NCBI GenBank assembly: GCA_027483645.1
Contig: JAIXUD010000010.1
Span: 1 to 64,000, forward strand
Reading direction: 5' to 3'
From: Sphingobacteriales bacterium
GTDB lineage: Bacteria; Bacteroidota; Bacteroidia; Chitinophagales; CAIOSU01
Length of the DNA: 64,000 nt
This document shows, piece by piece, positions 23,466 to 31,551 of this stretch. A model generated the notes under the pieces. That model searched no databases. It saw only the letters and a list, made by a program, of their open reading frames with translations, and was not told the DNA's origin. Position 1 is the first letter of the stretch. Every line of letters starts with the position of its first letter. Both the position numbers and the translations under genes were made by a program.

Positions 23466-23550
23466 CAACCATCCATACTTATTTGCTCGTTTTTTGAACT
23501 ACCACGCTCCCTTTGCGTTTATGTGTAAGTACATTCAAATTCGGGCATTA

Positions 23551-23583
23551 CAACTCGTAACCCGCAACCCGTAACTCGCAACC
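23551..23583. repeat. CGTAACC/CGCAACC heptad repeat copy
   Basis: caactcgtaacccgcaacccgtaactcgcaacc immediately upstream of the ATPase gene. Confidence 0.5.
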
Positions 23584-23588
23584 ATCAC

Positions 23589-25055
23589 ATGACCCAACCC
23601 CAAAACCTCGGCCAATTAAAAGCCTCCGGATATACCCCTAAAAGCATCAAACAAGAAATACGCGATAACCTGGTGGCGCGCATGAAGGCCAGCAAGCCCA
23701 TGTTTGCCGGCATTTTGGGTTACGACCAAACCGTGATACCTGATGTGCAGCGCGCCATCCTCTCTCGCCACAACATGATATTGCTGGGCCTGCGCGGGCA
23801 AGCGAAAACGCGCATAGCCCGCCTAATGGTGGACCTTTTGGACGAGTGGGTGCCCGTACTGGAAGGTAGCGAACTGAACGAAGACCCACTGCTGCCCATC
23901 ACCAAGCAGAGCTATGATAAAATAGCCGAACTAGGCGACAAAACCCCCATCACCTGGCTGCACCGCAACGATAGGTATGCCGAAAAACTGGCCACACCCG
24001 ATGTATCGGTAGCGGATTTGATTGGCGATGTGGACCCAATTAAGGCGGCCAACCTGCGCTTGAGCTATGCCGACGAAAGGGTGATACACTTCGGCTTGGT
24101 ACCGCGCAGCAACCGTTGCATCTTTGTTATCAACGAGTTGCCCGATTTGCAAGCACGTATACAAGTATCGCTGTTCAATATTTTGCAAGAGGGCGATGTA
24201 CAGATACGCGGTTTCAAACTGCGCCTGCCGCTGGATATCCAGTTTGTATTTACCGCCAACCCCGAGGATTACACCAATCGTGGTTCGATTGTAACGCCGC
24301 TAAAAGACCGTATTCAAAGCCAGATATTGACCCACTACCCTAAGGATATTGAAATATCAAAGTCCATTACCTTGCAAGAAGCCGCCATTACCAAAGAGCA
24401 GAAGGCAACGGTAGGGTATAGCGATTTGGCTCTGACCATGAACGAACAGATTGCCGTTGAAGCTCGTGGCAGTGAGTTTGTGGATGCGAAGAGTGGCGTA
24501 AGCGCCCGCTTGACTATCTCTGCTTTCGAAAACCTGTTTAGTGCTGCCGAGCGCCGCGCCATCATTAATGGGGAGGATAAAACCTTCATCCGCATGGGCG
24601 ACTTCTGGGGTATCATCCCCGCCATTACGGGTAAGATAGAGTTGGTTTATGAAGGTGAGCAAGAGGGCCCATACATAGTAGCACAAAACCTTTTGGGCAA
24701 ATCCATCCGTACGCTGTTTGCCCAGCTCTTCCCGAATCCGGAGAAGTTGCGCAAAAAGAAGGATGCCAACCCATACCAAGAAATCATTGATTGGTTCAAC
24801 ATTAATTCGCTCGACATCCTCAACGAGGTAAAGGACAAGGACTACGCCCACCGCCTATTGGCCGTGGACGGTTTGGACGACCTCGTTAAAAAATATCACC
24901 CAGCGCTAAAAGGCCCCGAGAAGCTATTTTACATGGAGTTTGTGCTGCACGGCCTAGCCGAATATAGCCTCCTCAACAAGCACCAACTAGAAACCGGCGT
25001 GCGGTTTAAAGATTTGCTAGGGGCAATGTTTGATATGAGCGGGGGTGAAAACTAG
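23589..25055 (+). CDS. AAA+ ATPase, Mg-chelatase ChlI-like / sigma-54-interaction-domain-like
   Basis: 488 aa; degenerate Walker A (LGLRGQAKT) and Walker B (CIFVINELPD). The family assignment is by resemblance only. Confidence 0.45.
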   Translation: MTQPQNLGQLKASGYTPKSIKQEIRDNLVARMKASKPMFAGILGYDQTVIPDVQRAILSRHNMILLGLRGQAKTRIARLMVDLLDEWVPVLEGSELNEDPLLPITKQSYDKIAELGDKTPITWLHRNDRYAEKLATPDVSVADLIGDVDPIKAANLRLSYADERVIHFGLVPRSNRCIFVINELPDLQARIQVSLFNILQEGDVQIRGFKLRLPLDIQFVFTANPEDYTNRGSIVTPLKDRIQSQILTHYPKDIEISKSITLQEAAITKEQKATVGYSDLALTMNEQIAVEARGSEFVDAKSGVSARLTISAFENLFSAAERRAIINGEDKTFIRMGDFWGIIPAITGKIELVYEGEQEGPYIVAQNLLGKSIRTLFAQLFPNPEKLRKKKDANPYQEIIDWFNINSLDILNEVKDKDYAHRLLAVDGLDDLVKKYHPALKGPEKLFYMEFVLHGLAEYSLLNKHQLETGVRFKDLLGAMFDMSGGEN

Positions 25056-25066
25056 ACACAAGATTT

Positions 25067-25117
25067 GAGACACAAGACACAACACTTTTTTTGCAGCTAT
25101 CTTGTGTCTTGTGTCTC
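25067..25117. terminator. Bidirectional hairpin between convergent genes (GACACAAGACAC repeat family)
   Basis: gagacacaagacacaa ... ttgtgtcttgtgtctc form a perfect 16-bp stem; the right arm overlaps the WYL-gene stop codon. Confidence 0.6.
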
Positions 25118-26123
25118 AACCCTGATACTGCTCCAGCGCCTTCATTAGCCGGTATTTAATAGACCGCGCCAAACGCGAAGGCTTCAACACCTTTACATTA
25201 TCACCAAAGCCCAGTATCTCGCGCTCGAGCTCAAAGTTGTGTTTTACCTGGATGCAGATGGTAGTGCCTGCTTCGGTTTTCGCTACAATTTCTTGGGTGG
25301 GGTGTATCGGTTTGGTGAGTACGTAGGGTGCATGGGCTGGATCAACAAGCAGGTGTACTTCCAGCACGTCGCTGCGGCTATCAGTTACCCCAATTAAATG
25401 CTTAAAATAGGTTTGCGTATCGAATAGCTCGTTCTCCATATAAGGCACAGAAGCTTTTTCTATCCCCTGTATACGGTCAAGCGCTAGGTTGAGCAGTTGA
25501 TTTCGGTGGTTGGGTGTGCCCAAAAGAAACCAGCGGTTGCGATACTGTTTTAATAGGTATGGGTGGAAAACAATATCGCCCGCCTGCCGCGCCTTGAAAC
25601 TTTGGTAAGTAATAGTAAGCGGTTGTTTATCGATAATAGCATGATACAGCACATCCAAGTGCTCCAACCCACGCAGGTCTTCGTTCTTTTCAAAATCGAT
25701 AACCGGTGTAGTGTGCGATTTGGAGGTATAAATCTGGTCTTCCAGCTTGCTCACCATCTCACTTACTCCGTTAAAGTGCGAAAAGCCTTTAAACTGTTTC
25801 AGTATATCCACCACACCATTCAGCATACCCAGGTCTTGGTCGGTAAGCGGTATGTTGCTTATGCTGTAATCGGGGTCTTCGTAAGTGTAATACTTCTTGT
25901 CGACTACAATAATAGGCGCTTTGTAGCCCAGCTTTTCGCTGCGCATCATCTGTATATCCATCTGCACGCTGCGGCGGCTGATGCCTTTATCAATTCCTTC
26001 GTACTCGTACAAGGTATCGCTACAGGCATCTATCAAATCCTCCAAAGTCCACTTACGGTAACGGTTTTGCAGGCATTTATCAATGGTTCGGTATCGGATG
26101 AGCGCATTCCTATTTACAGGCAT
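25116..26123 (-). CDS. WYL-domain transcriptional regulator (wHTH + WYL)
   Basis: N-terminus MPVNRNALIRYRTIDKCLQNRYRKWTLEDLIDACSD is the characteristic HTH of WYL regulators; about 335 aa. Start placed at the internal Met because the 40-aa upstream extension is non-conserved. Confidence 0.7.
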   Translation of the reverse strand: MPVNRNALIRYRTIDKCLQNRYRKWTLEDLIDACSDTLYEYEGIDKGISRRSVQMDIQMMRSEKLGYKAPIIVVDKKYYTYEDPDYSISNIPLTDQDLGMLNGVVDILKQFKGFSHFNGVSEMVSKLEDQIYTSKSHTTPVIDFEKNEDLRGLEHLDVLYHAIIDKQPLTITYQSFKARQAGDIVFHPYLLKQYRNRWFLLGTPNHRNQLLNLALDRIQGIEKASVPYMENELFDTQTYFKHLIGVTDSRSDVLEVHLLVDPAHAPYVLTKPIHPTQEIVAKTEAGTTICIQVKHNFELEREILGFGDNVKVLKPSRLARSIKYRLMKALEQYQG

Positions 26124-26159
26124 TTCAAACTTTTTTTGAAAAATAGTAAAAATATTTTT

Positions 26160-26198
26160 CACTGCGCAAAAAGACTGCGCACTAGCATGTAAACTTTG
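26160..26198 (+). promoter_or_regulatory. Operator-promoter motif copy 1 (ACTGCGCA-N6-CTGCGCA-N11-ACTTTG)
   Basis: cACTGCGCAaaaagaCTGCGCActagcatgtaaACTTTG; same architecture as copies 2 and 3. ACTTTG fits the Bacteroidetes -7 TAnnTTTG element. Confidence 0.6.
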
Positions 26199-26226
26199 CA
26201 TCGTTAATAAGAAAAAACACATCGTT

Positions 26227-26373
26227 ATGTCATCATTTATCAAACATCAGTTGGACGGTAATAAGAAGCAGCAAGGTAACTTGGGTATAGCCTATATAGG
26301 CAGCCTCGGCATGCCGGGACTGCGCCCCGACCAAAGCAGTGAGACAAAACGAGATTGTAGCCGGAAGGTATAG
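26227..26373 (+). CDS. Small ORF (48 aa) or sRNA driven by motif copy 1
   Basis: ATG 29 nt after TTTG with an A-rich leader; ORF MSSFIKHQLDGNKKQQGNLGIAYIGSLGMPGLRPDQSSETKRDCSRKV; followed by a strong terminator. Coding status is uncertain. Confidence 0.3.
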   Translation: MSSFIKHQLDGNKKQQGNLGIAYIGSLGMPGLRPDQSSETKRDCSRKV

Positions 26374-26400
26374 CATCATAATTACACCGTAGTTATATGT

Positions 26401-26434
26401 AAGCCCTGGCCATCTCGCCGGGGCTTTTCTTTTG
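26401..26434 (+). terminator. Rho-independent terminator (plus strand)
   Basis: aagccctggc-catctc-gccggggctt 10-bp stem, then ttcttttg. Confidence 0.75.
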
Positions 26435-26479
26435 CATGAGATTTTGCAATCTCAAGTCCCACACAAGTTTTATTCAACC

Positions 26480-26589
26480 GTATTCGTAGCTCAAGTGTTA
26501 GAGCCACCCACTTTTAATGGGTGAGTTATAGGTTCGAACGGCGAAGCCCTCACTGAGCTTTTTGCGAAGTAGTCCTATCGGGTACACCA
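26480..26589 (+). ncRNA. tRNA-like gene (Lys-like, anticodon TTT) with a 34-nt insertion in the T-loop and an encoded CCA
   Basis: Acceptor gtattcg/cgggtac (two G-U pairs), D-arm gctc-aagtgtta-gagc, anticodon arm accca-cttttaa-tgggt, T-stem atagg...cctat. The T-loop reads ttcgaac and is followed by the insert ggcgaagccctcactgagctttttgcgaagtagt. The 3' end is ACCA. Confidence 0.55.
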
Positions 26590-26674
26590 ATATGGGCATT
26601 GCCTTAGGGTGGGCTATGCCCAAGCTACCCGCCATCGGCTTTAGCGTGCCGATGGCGGTGGCACCAAGAATTAA

Positions 26675-26746
26675 CTGGAGGGATAACGGTGGTTGTTTAC
26701 TCGCTTTGGAAGCGAGTGGTCGCAGGTTCAAATCCTGCCCTCCAGA
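26675..26746 (+). tRNA. tRNA-Pro (anticodon TGG)
   Basis: C1-G72 acceptor ctggagg/cctccag, anticodon arm ctcgc-tttggaa-gcgag, T-arm gcagg-ttcaaat-cctgc. Confidence 0.75.
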
Positions 26747-26924
26747 CAAAAACTCCTAACCAACAAGTTGAGGAGGAAAGAGCTTGCTTGTGGCACCACT
26801 GGCGCTAGTGGTTGGTGGTGTGCAAACGGGAGTGGTTGAAGCCCACGGTTCCGACACTAAGCAGGAACAACGTTCGAAAAAGCCCATTTGACGGCCAACG
26901 GGCAAGCTCTTTCAAAGCATAACA

Positions 26925-26996
26925 GGAACCGTAGTTCAGCGGTAGAATCCCCGACTGTCTATCGGGTGGTCACGGGTTCGAATCCCGTCGGTTCCG
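26925..26996 (+). tRNA. tRNA-Asp (anticodon GTC)
   Basis: ggaaccg/cggttcc acceptor, anticodon arm cccga-ctgtcta-tcggg, T-arm acggg-ttcgaat-cccgt. Confidence 0.85.
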
Positions 26997-27000
26997 CTTT

Positions 27001-27096
27001 AGGCCTGTAGCCCAACGGCAGAGGCACCAGATTTAGGATCTGGACAGTGTGGGTTCGAACGGCGAAGCCCTCGTGCCAACACTCCCACCAGGCCCA
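27001..27096 (+). ncRNA. tRNA-like gene (anticodon TAG, class-I shape) with a 23-nt T-loop insertion
   Basis: Acceptor aggcctg/caggccc, anticodon arm ccaga-tttagga-tctgg, 5-nt variable loop, T-stem gtggg...cccac. The T-loop ttcgaac is followed by the insert ggcgaagccctcgtgccaacact, sharing its first 12 nt with the 26480 element. Confidence 0.55.
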
Positions 27097-27104
27097 CAAA
27101 TTAT

Positions 27105-27177
27105 TGGATGGTAGTTCAATTGGAAAGAGCATCGGGCTACGAACCCGAAGATGCAGGTTCGACTCCTGCCCATCCAA
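27105..27177 (+). tRNA. tRNA-Arg (anticodon ACG)
   Basis: Acceptor tggatgg/ccatcca, D-arm gttc-aattggaaa-gagc, anticodon arm tcggg-ctacgaa-cccga, T-arm gcagg-ttcgact-cctgc. Confidence 0.8.
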
Positions 27178-27188
27178 CTAACAAAAAG

Positions 27189-27403
27189 GGCGTCATTGCG
27201 AAGGCCTACTAGGTCTTGCAGTTCGAGCTAAACTTTAATGGCCTGAAGCAATCCCCCGACGAGGGGAGTGAATCGCATAGACCACTAAAGTGATGGTATT
27301 ATGTACTTGGTTCTGCGGTAAGCACAAACTATGCTCCGTAGCAGGGGATTGCTTCGTCGTTCAATTGCGCGAAAGGCGCAAATTGACTCCTCGCAATGAC
27401 GGC
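27189..27403 (+). ncRNA. Unclassified highly structured RNA candidate (about 215 nt) embedded in the tRNA array
   Basis: Closing helix gcgtcattgcgaagg / cctcgcaatgacggc. Nested helices gaagcaatcccc / ggggattgcttc and gcatag / ctatgc. Hairpins tcccccgacgagggga and ttgcgc-gaaag-gcgcaa. Confidence 0.45.
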
Positions 27404-27427
27404 TAGGGATTGGAGGTGATGTTAAAT

Positions 27428-27499
27428 TGTCTGGTGGTCTAATGGTTAGGATACTTCGTTTTGGAAGAAGTGGTGGTGGTTCGAATCCATCCCGGACAA
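27428..27499 (+). tRNA. tRNA-Gln (anticodon TTG)
   Basis: U1-A72 acceptor tgtctgg/ccggaca, anticodon loop ttTTGga, T-arm ggtgg-ttcgaat-ccatc, 4-nt variable loop. Confidence 0.7.
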
Positions 27500-27539
27500 C
27501 AAAAAATGAAAAAGTTGAAAATAAATTTTACTGCGCAAC

Positions 27540-27577
27540 AACGCTGCGCACCAGCGTTTCAACTTTGACATATTGTT
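27540..27577 (+). promoter_or_regulatory. Operator-promoter motif copy 2
   Basis: tACTGCGCAacaacgCTGCGCAccagcgtttcaACTTTG; spacing identical to copies 1 and 3. Confidence 0.6.
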
Positions 27578-27590
27578 ATTTGAAATCAAT

Positions 27591-27790
27591 ACTCCTCTAG
27601 CTTAAAAGGAAGAGCTGTGGTAAAAGTTACGGAACCATGTAGTGCCGGGATGATGCCTATAGAATCTCGCATTTTATAGGCTAGAATTTGCAGATGCACC
27701 GAAACACCGCTCTATAGAAGTGTAGTAGGGAAGCGCATTTATAGCCCGGCTGCCCTCGCGGGAGTCTCGGTTCGAGTCCGGGGAGGAGTG
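27591..27790 (+). ncRNA. 200-nt tRNA-like RNA with acceptor stem and canonical T-arm but about 150 nt replacing the anticodon region
   Basis: 5' actcctc pairs with 3' gaggagt. T-arm ctcgg-ttcgagt-ccggg sits directly before the 3' acceptor strand, and an agct...agct D-like stem follows the 5' strand. Internal helices include gcctata/tataggc and gccggg/cccggc. Begins about 15 nt after motif copy 2. Confidence 0.45.
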
Positions 27791-27796
27791 CGATTA

Positions 27797-27867
27797 GCAC
27801 CAGTAGCTTAATGGCAAAGCCCCTGTTTACCAAACAGGCAACGCAGGTTCGATTCCTGCTTGGTGCT
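27797..27867 (+). tRNA. tRNA with atypical anticodon ACC (Gly-like), 4-nt variable loop
   Basis: Acceptor gcaccag/ttggtgc, D-arm gctt-aatggca-aagc, anticodon arm cctgt-ttACCaa-acagg, T-arm gcagg-ttcgatt-cctgc. An A34 anticodon is unusual in bacteria outside Arg. Confidence 0.55.
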
Positions 27868-28005
27868 CAGTTAATGGTCGATTTGTGTAAGACCTGATCA
27901 GGGTTTCAAAATGGCCCGGTAGTGTTGCCACGCCCTGCGTTGCAATATGCTGCTTATCATTTTGGCATTAACTACCATGCTGTTTTTTGAAACAGTTTTG
28001 GAAGC

Positions 28006-28082
28006 GTGGGTTCGAATCCCACCATGCGTACACGCATGTGGCTCAGTGGTTAGAGCATGTTTTGGGCTCATAATCCAAACAT
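28006..28082 (+). ncRNA. Permuted-looking Met-like tRNA element: 3' half (T-arm + acceptor 3' strand) immediately upstream of the 5' half (acceptor 5' strand, D-arm, CAT anticodon arm)
   Basis: The 3' half gtggg-ttcgaat-cccac-catgcgt-a is followed 1 nt later by the 5' half acgcatg-tg-gctc-agtggtta-gagc. The anticodon stem is extended (atgttt/aaacat plus ggg/tcc) with loop CTCATAA, the Met/initiator-type loop. The two acceptor strands are exact complements. Confidence 0.4.
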
Positions 28083-28470
28083 TTCCCAAAAGTTGATCAC
28101 TTGTAAAAATGATCGCAGGAAAGTAGCGGCGGTGTCCTGGCCTTGCCATTATGGTTCGCCATAAAACCCAGGCAGTTGGACAGCGACCTGAAAAAGGAGG
28201 ATACCGTTGCAACAAGTTCGTTGGCTTTGCCCGGTAAAGGGATTTCTATAAATCGAGTATCAAAAGGGCCTCGAATTAACGAAACACCCACTGTGCAAAC
28301 CCGGCAAACACGTTCAGCTCAATCCGGCTTCCATTGTTGGAAGATGGGGCATCGGCGCTGCTTTCTATTTTTTTTGAAACGTATTTGAAAACCCGAAACG
28401 TGTAAGTCCCTCTCCCCTTGGGAGAGGCTAGGTGAGGGTTGAATTATAACAAGCATTAAAACACACAATT

Positions 28471-29574
28471 ATGTTCAACACAAGAATCAACGAAGGAACA
28501 GTAGGTATCGTTACCAAGTACGGCAACTATAACAGGATAGTATCGGCAGGTACTTTCTGGGCAATGTTCAATGAGCAGGTGGAAACCTACAACGTGGATA
28601 CGCTGTATGGCGCTTTCCCTAAGCTCGACATTATGCTGAAAGACGAGCGTTTCCGCGCCATGGTAGAAGTACTGGAAGTAAAGGATAACGAGATTGCCTT
28701 GCAGTTTGTAAACGGCAACTTTGTGAGCATACTGAAGCCAGGTCGGTACTTCTACTTTAAAGGCTACGCCAACATCAAGTTTGTGGTGGTAAACCTGGGC
28801 AAGGTAGAGATTACCGAAGGCATCGATATGGCGGTACTGTTAAGGTCGGAGGTGGCGCACTATATCCGCGCCTTCTCGGTGCTGCCTTACGAGGAAGGCC
28901 TGCTGTTTGTGGATGGTAAATTCCAAAGGAAGCTGACCAAGGGTACCTACTACTTCTGGAAGAACCCCATCACCATTGAGGTGTTGAAGGCGGATATGAG
29001 GCAGTTGCAAATGGAAATCTCCGGTCAGGAAATCTTGACCATGGATAAAGCCGCACTGCGTGTAAACTTCTATGCCCAATACCGAGTGGTGGATACCGAA
29101 GTGGCCTTGCTGAACAACAAAGACTTCGAGAAGCAATTGTACATACTGGTGCAGTTGGCCTTGAGGGAATTTGTGGGCACCAAAACCCTGGATGAGTTGC
29201 TGGAAAACAAAGACTCCGTGGGCCAGTTTGTAGCCGATGCGCTGAAAGGCAAAGCGGCCAAGCTGGGCGTAGAGATTGTGAACAGCGGCATCAGGGACGT
29301 GATACTGCCAGGTGAAGTGAAGGAGATTATGAACCAAGTATTGGTGGCCCAAAAACAGGCCCAGGCCAACACCATTACCCGTAGGGAGGAGACAGCTTCT
29401 ACTAGGAGCTTGTTGAACACCGCCAAACTGATGGAGGACAACGAAATGTTGTTCAAACTGAAGGAGATGGAGTACGTGGAGAAAATCGCTGCGAAAATAG
29501 GTGAGATTACCGTATCGGGCAATGGCCAGGTGTTGGACCAGTTGAGGGACATTTTTTCGGCGAAATCAAAATAA
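28471..29574 (+). CDS. SPFH/Band-7 (stomatin-prohibitin-like) domain protein
   Basis: 367 aa with an SPFH-like core and a C-terminal coiled region; the family call is from overall resemblance. Confidence 0.6.
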   Translation: MFNTRINEGTVGIVTKYGNYNRIVSAGTFWAMFNEQVETYNVDTLYGAFPKLDIMLKDERFRAMVEVLEVKDNEIALQFVNGNFVSILKPGRYFYFKGYANIKFVVVNLGKVEITEGIDMAVLLRSEVAHYIRAFSVLPYEEGLLFVDGKFQRKLTKGTYYFWKNPITIEVLKADMRQLQMEISGQEILTMDKAALRVNFYAQYRVVDTEVALLNNKDFEKQLYILVQLALREFVGTKTLDELLENKDSVGQFVADALKGKAAKLGVEIVNSGIRDVILPGEVKEIMNQVLVAQKQAQANTITRREETASTRSLLNTAKLMEDNEMLFKLKEMEYVEKIAAKIGEITVSGNGQVLDQLRDIFSAKSK

Positions 29575-29589
29575 TTAAACAAAAGTTTG

Positions 29590-29627
29590 CACTGCGCAAC
29601 AACACTGCGCAGTGCATCTTTTACTTT
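29590..29627 (+). promoter_or_regulatory. Operator-promoter motif copy 3 (immediately upstream of rtcB)
   Basis: cACTGCGCAacaacaCTGCGCAgtgcatcttttACTTTG; the rtcB ATG is 23 nt downstream of TTTG. Confidence 0.65.
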
Positions 29628-29643
29628 GTATTGTCAATGATAA

Positions 29644-31032
<1,389 letters not shown>

Positions 31033-31048
31033 TTAGACGCAAGACGCC

Positions 31049-31297
31049 AGACACAAGACACAAGACTGCATTTAGCTCGCTGCAAAATTGCCAGACTGCA
31101 AGAGATCTTCCCGTCCGTGGCTCGCCTTCGTGAAAAACTTCGGTTCGCAAAGCAATCGCTCGCGCCCTTCGACAGGCTCAGGGTGACAGCTCGTTTCCAC
31201 AAAACATCTGCTTCCGGTGGCGCCGGGGCGGTAGCTTTTTGCGAGTGATGCTCGTTTTGTTATTTCTTTTTTGAAACAGTCTTATGTCTTGTGTCTC
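31049..31297. repeat. About 250-bp element flanked by 18-bp inverted repeats of the GACACAAGACAC family (MITE-like)
   Basis: agacacaagacacaagac ... gtcttatgtcttgtgtctc. Related copies are at 25067-25117 and 51661-51680. Confidence 0.5.
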
Positions 31298-31551
31298 TAA
31301 AATATTTTAACCAACTGAAAATCAATAAGTTGCTATTCTCTTGGAAATAAATCGCAACCCGGTGTAACTTTTTGAAACCGTAGGCGTACAAGAAGATAAT
31401 TAAACCCACGGTTATGAAAAAGATGATACGATTTGGAGCGGCGGTTTGTATAATAGCTTGTTTCACCAGCTTTACCCCTTCACAAGATGATGTTCAAACT
31501 CAAGTGAAAACTACTGTAGAGCCTATTGCTTGTCTAAAATAATATTGTAGC

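Noticed and set aside
12845-23583. CRISPR array interpretation of the heptad repeats
   Set aside because: The repeats are 7-nt tandem units with no spacers of defined length, and no cas genes are nearby.
26498-26759. Track ORFs 26562..26759(+) and 26498..26749(-) across the tRNA array
   Set aside because: They overlap the tRNA-Pro and tRNA-like genes on both strands and have no coding signal. The region is better explained as structured RNA.
27189-27403. RNase P RNA or 6S RNA identity for the structured RNA
   Set aside because: It lacks the conserved RNase P P4 motifs, and its architecture is not that of 6S.
27591-27790. tmRNA identity for the 200-nt tRNA-like RNA
   Set aside because: It is too short and has no tag-peptide reading frame or resume codon context. 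Only the acceptor and T-arm are tRNA-like.
26480-28082. Y-RNA/Rsr system assignment for the whole array
   Set aside because: No Ro60/Rsr (TROVE) ORF exists in the window, so only a weak Y-RNA-like resemblance is noted.
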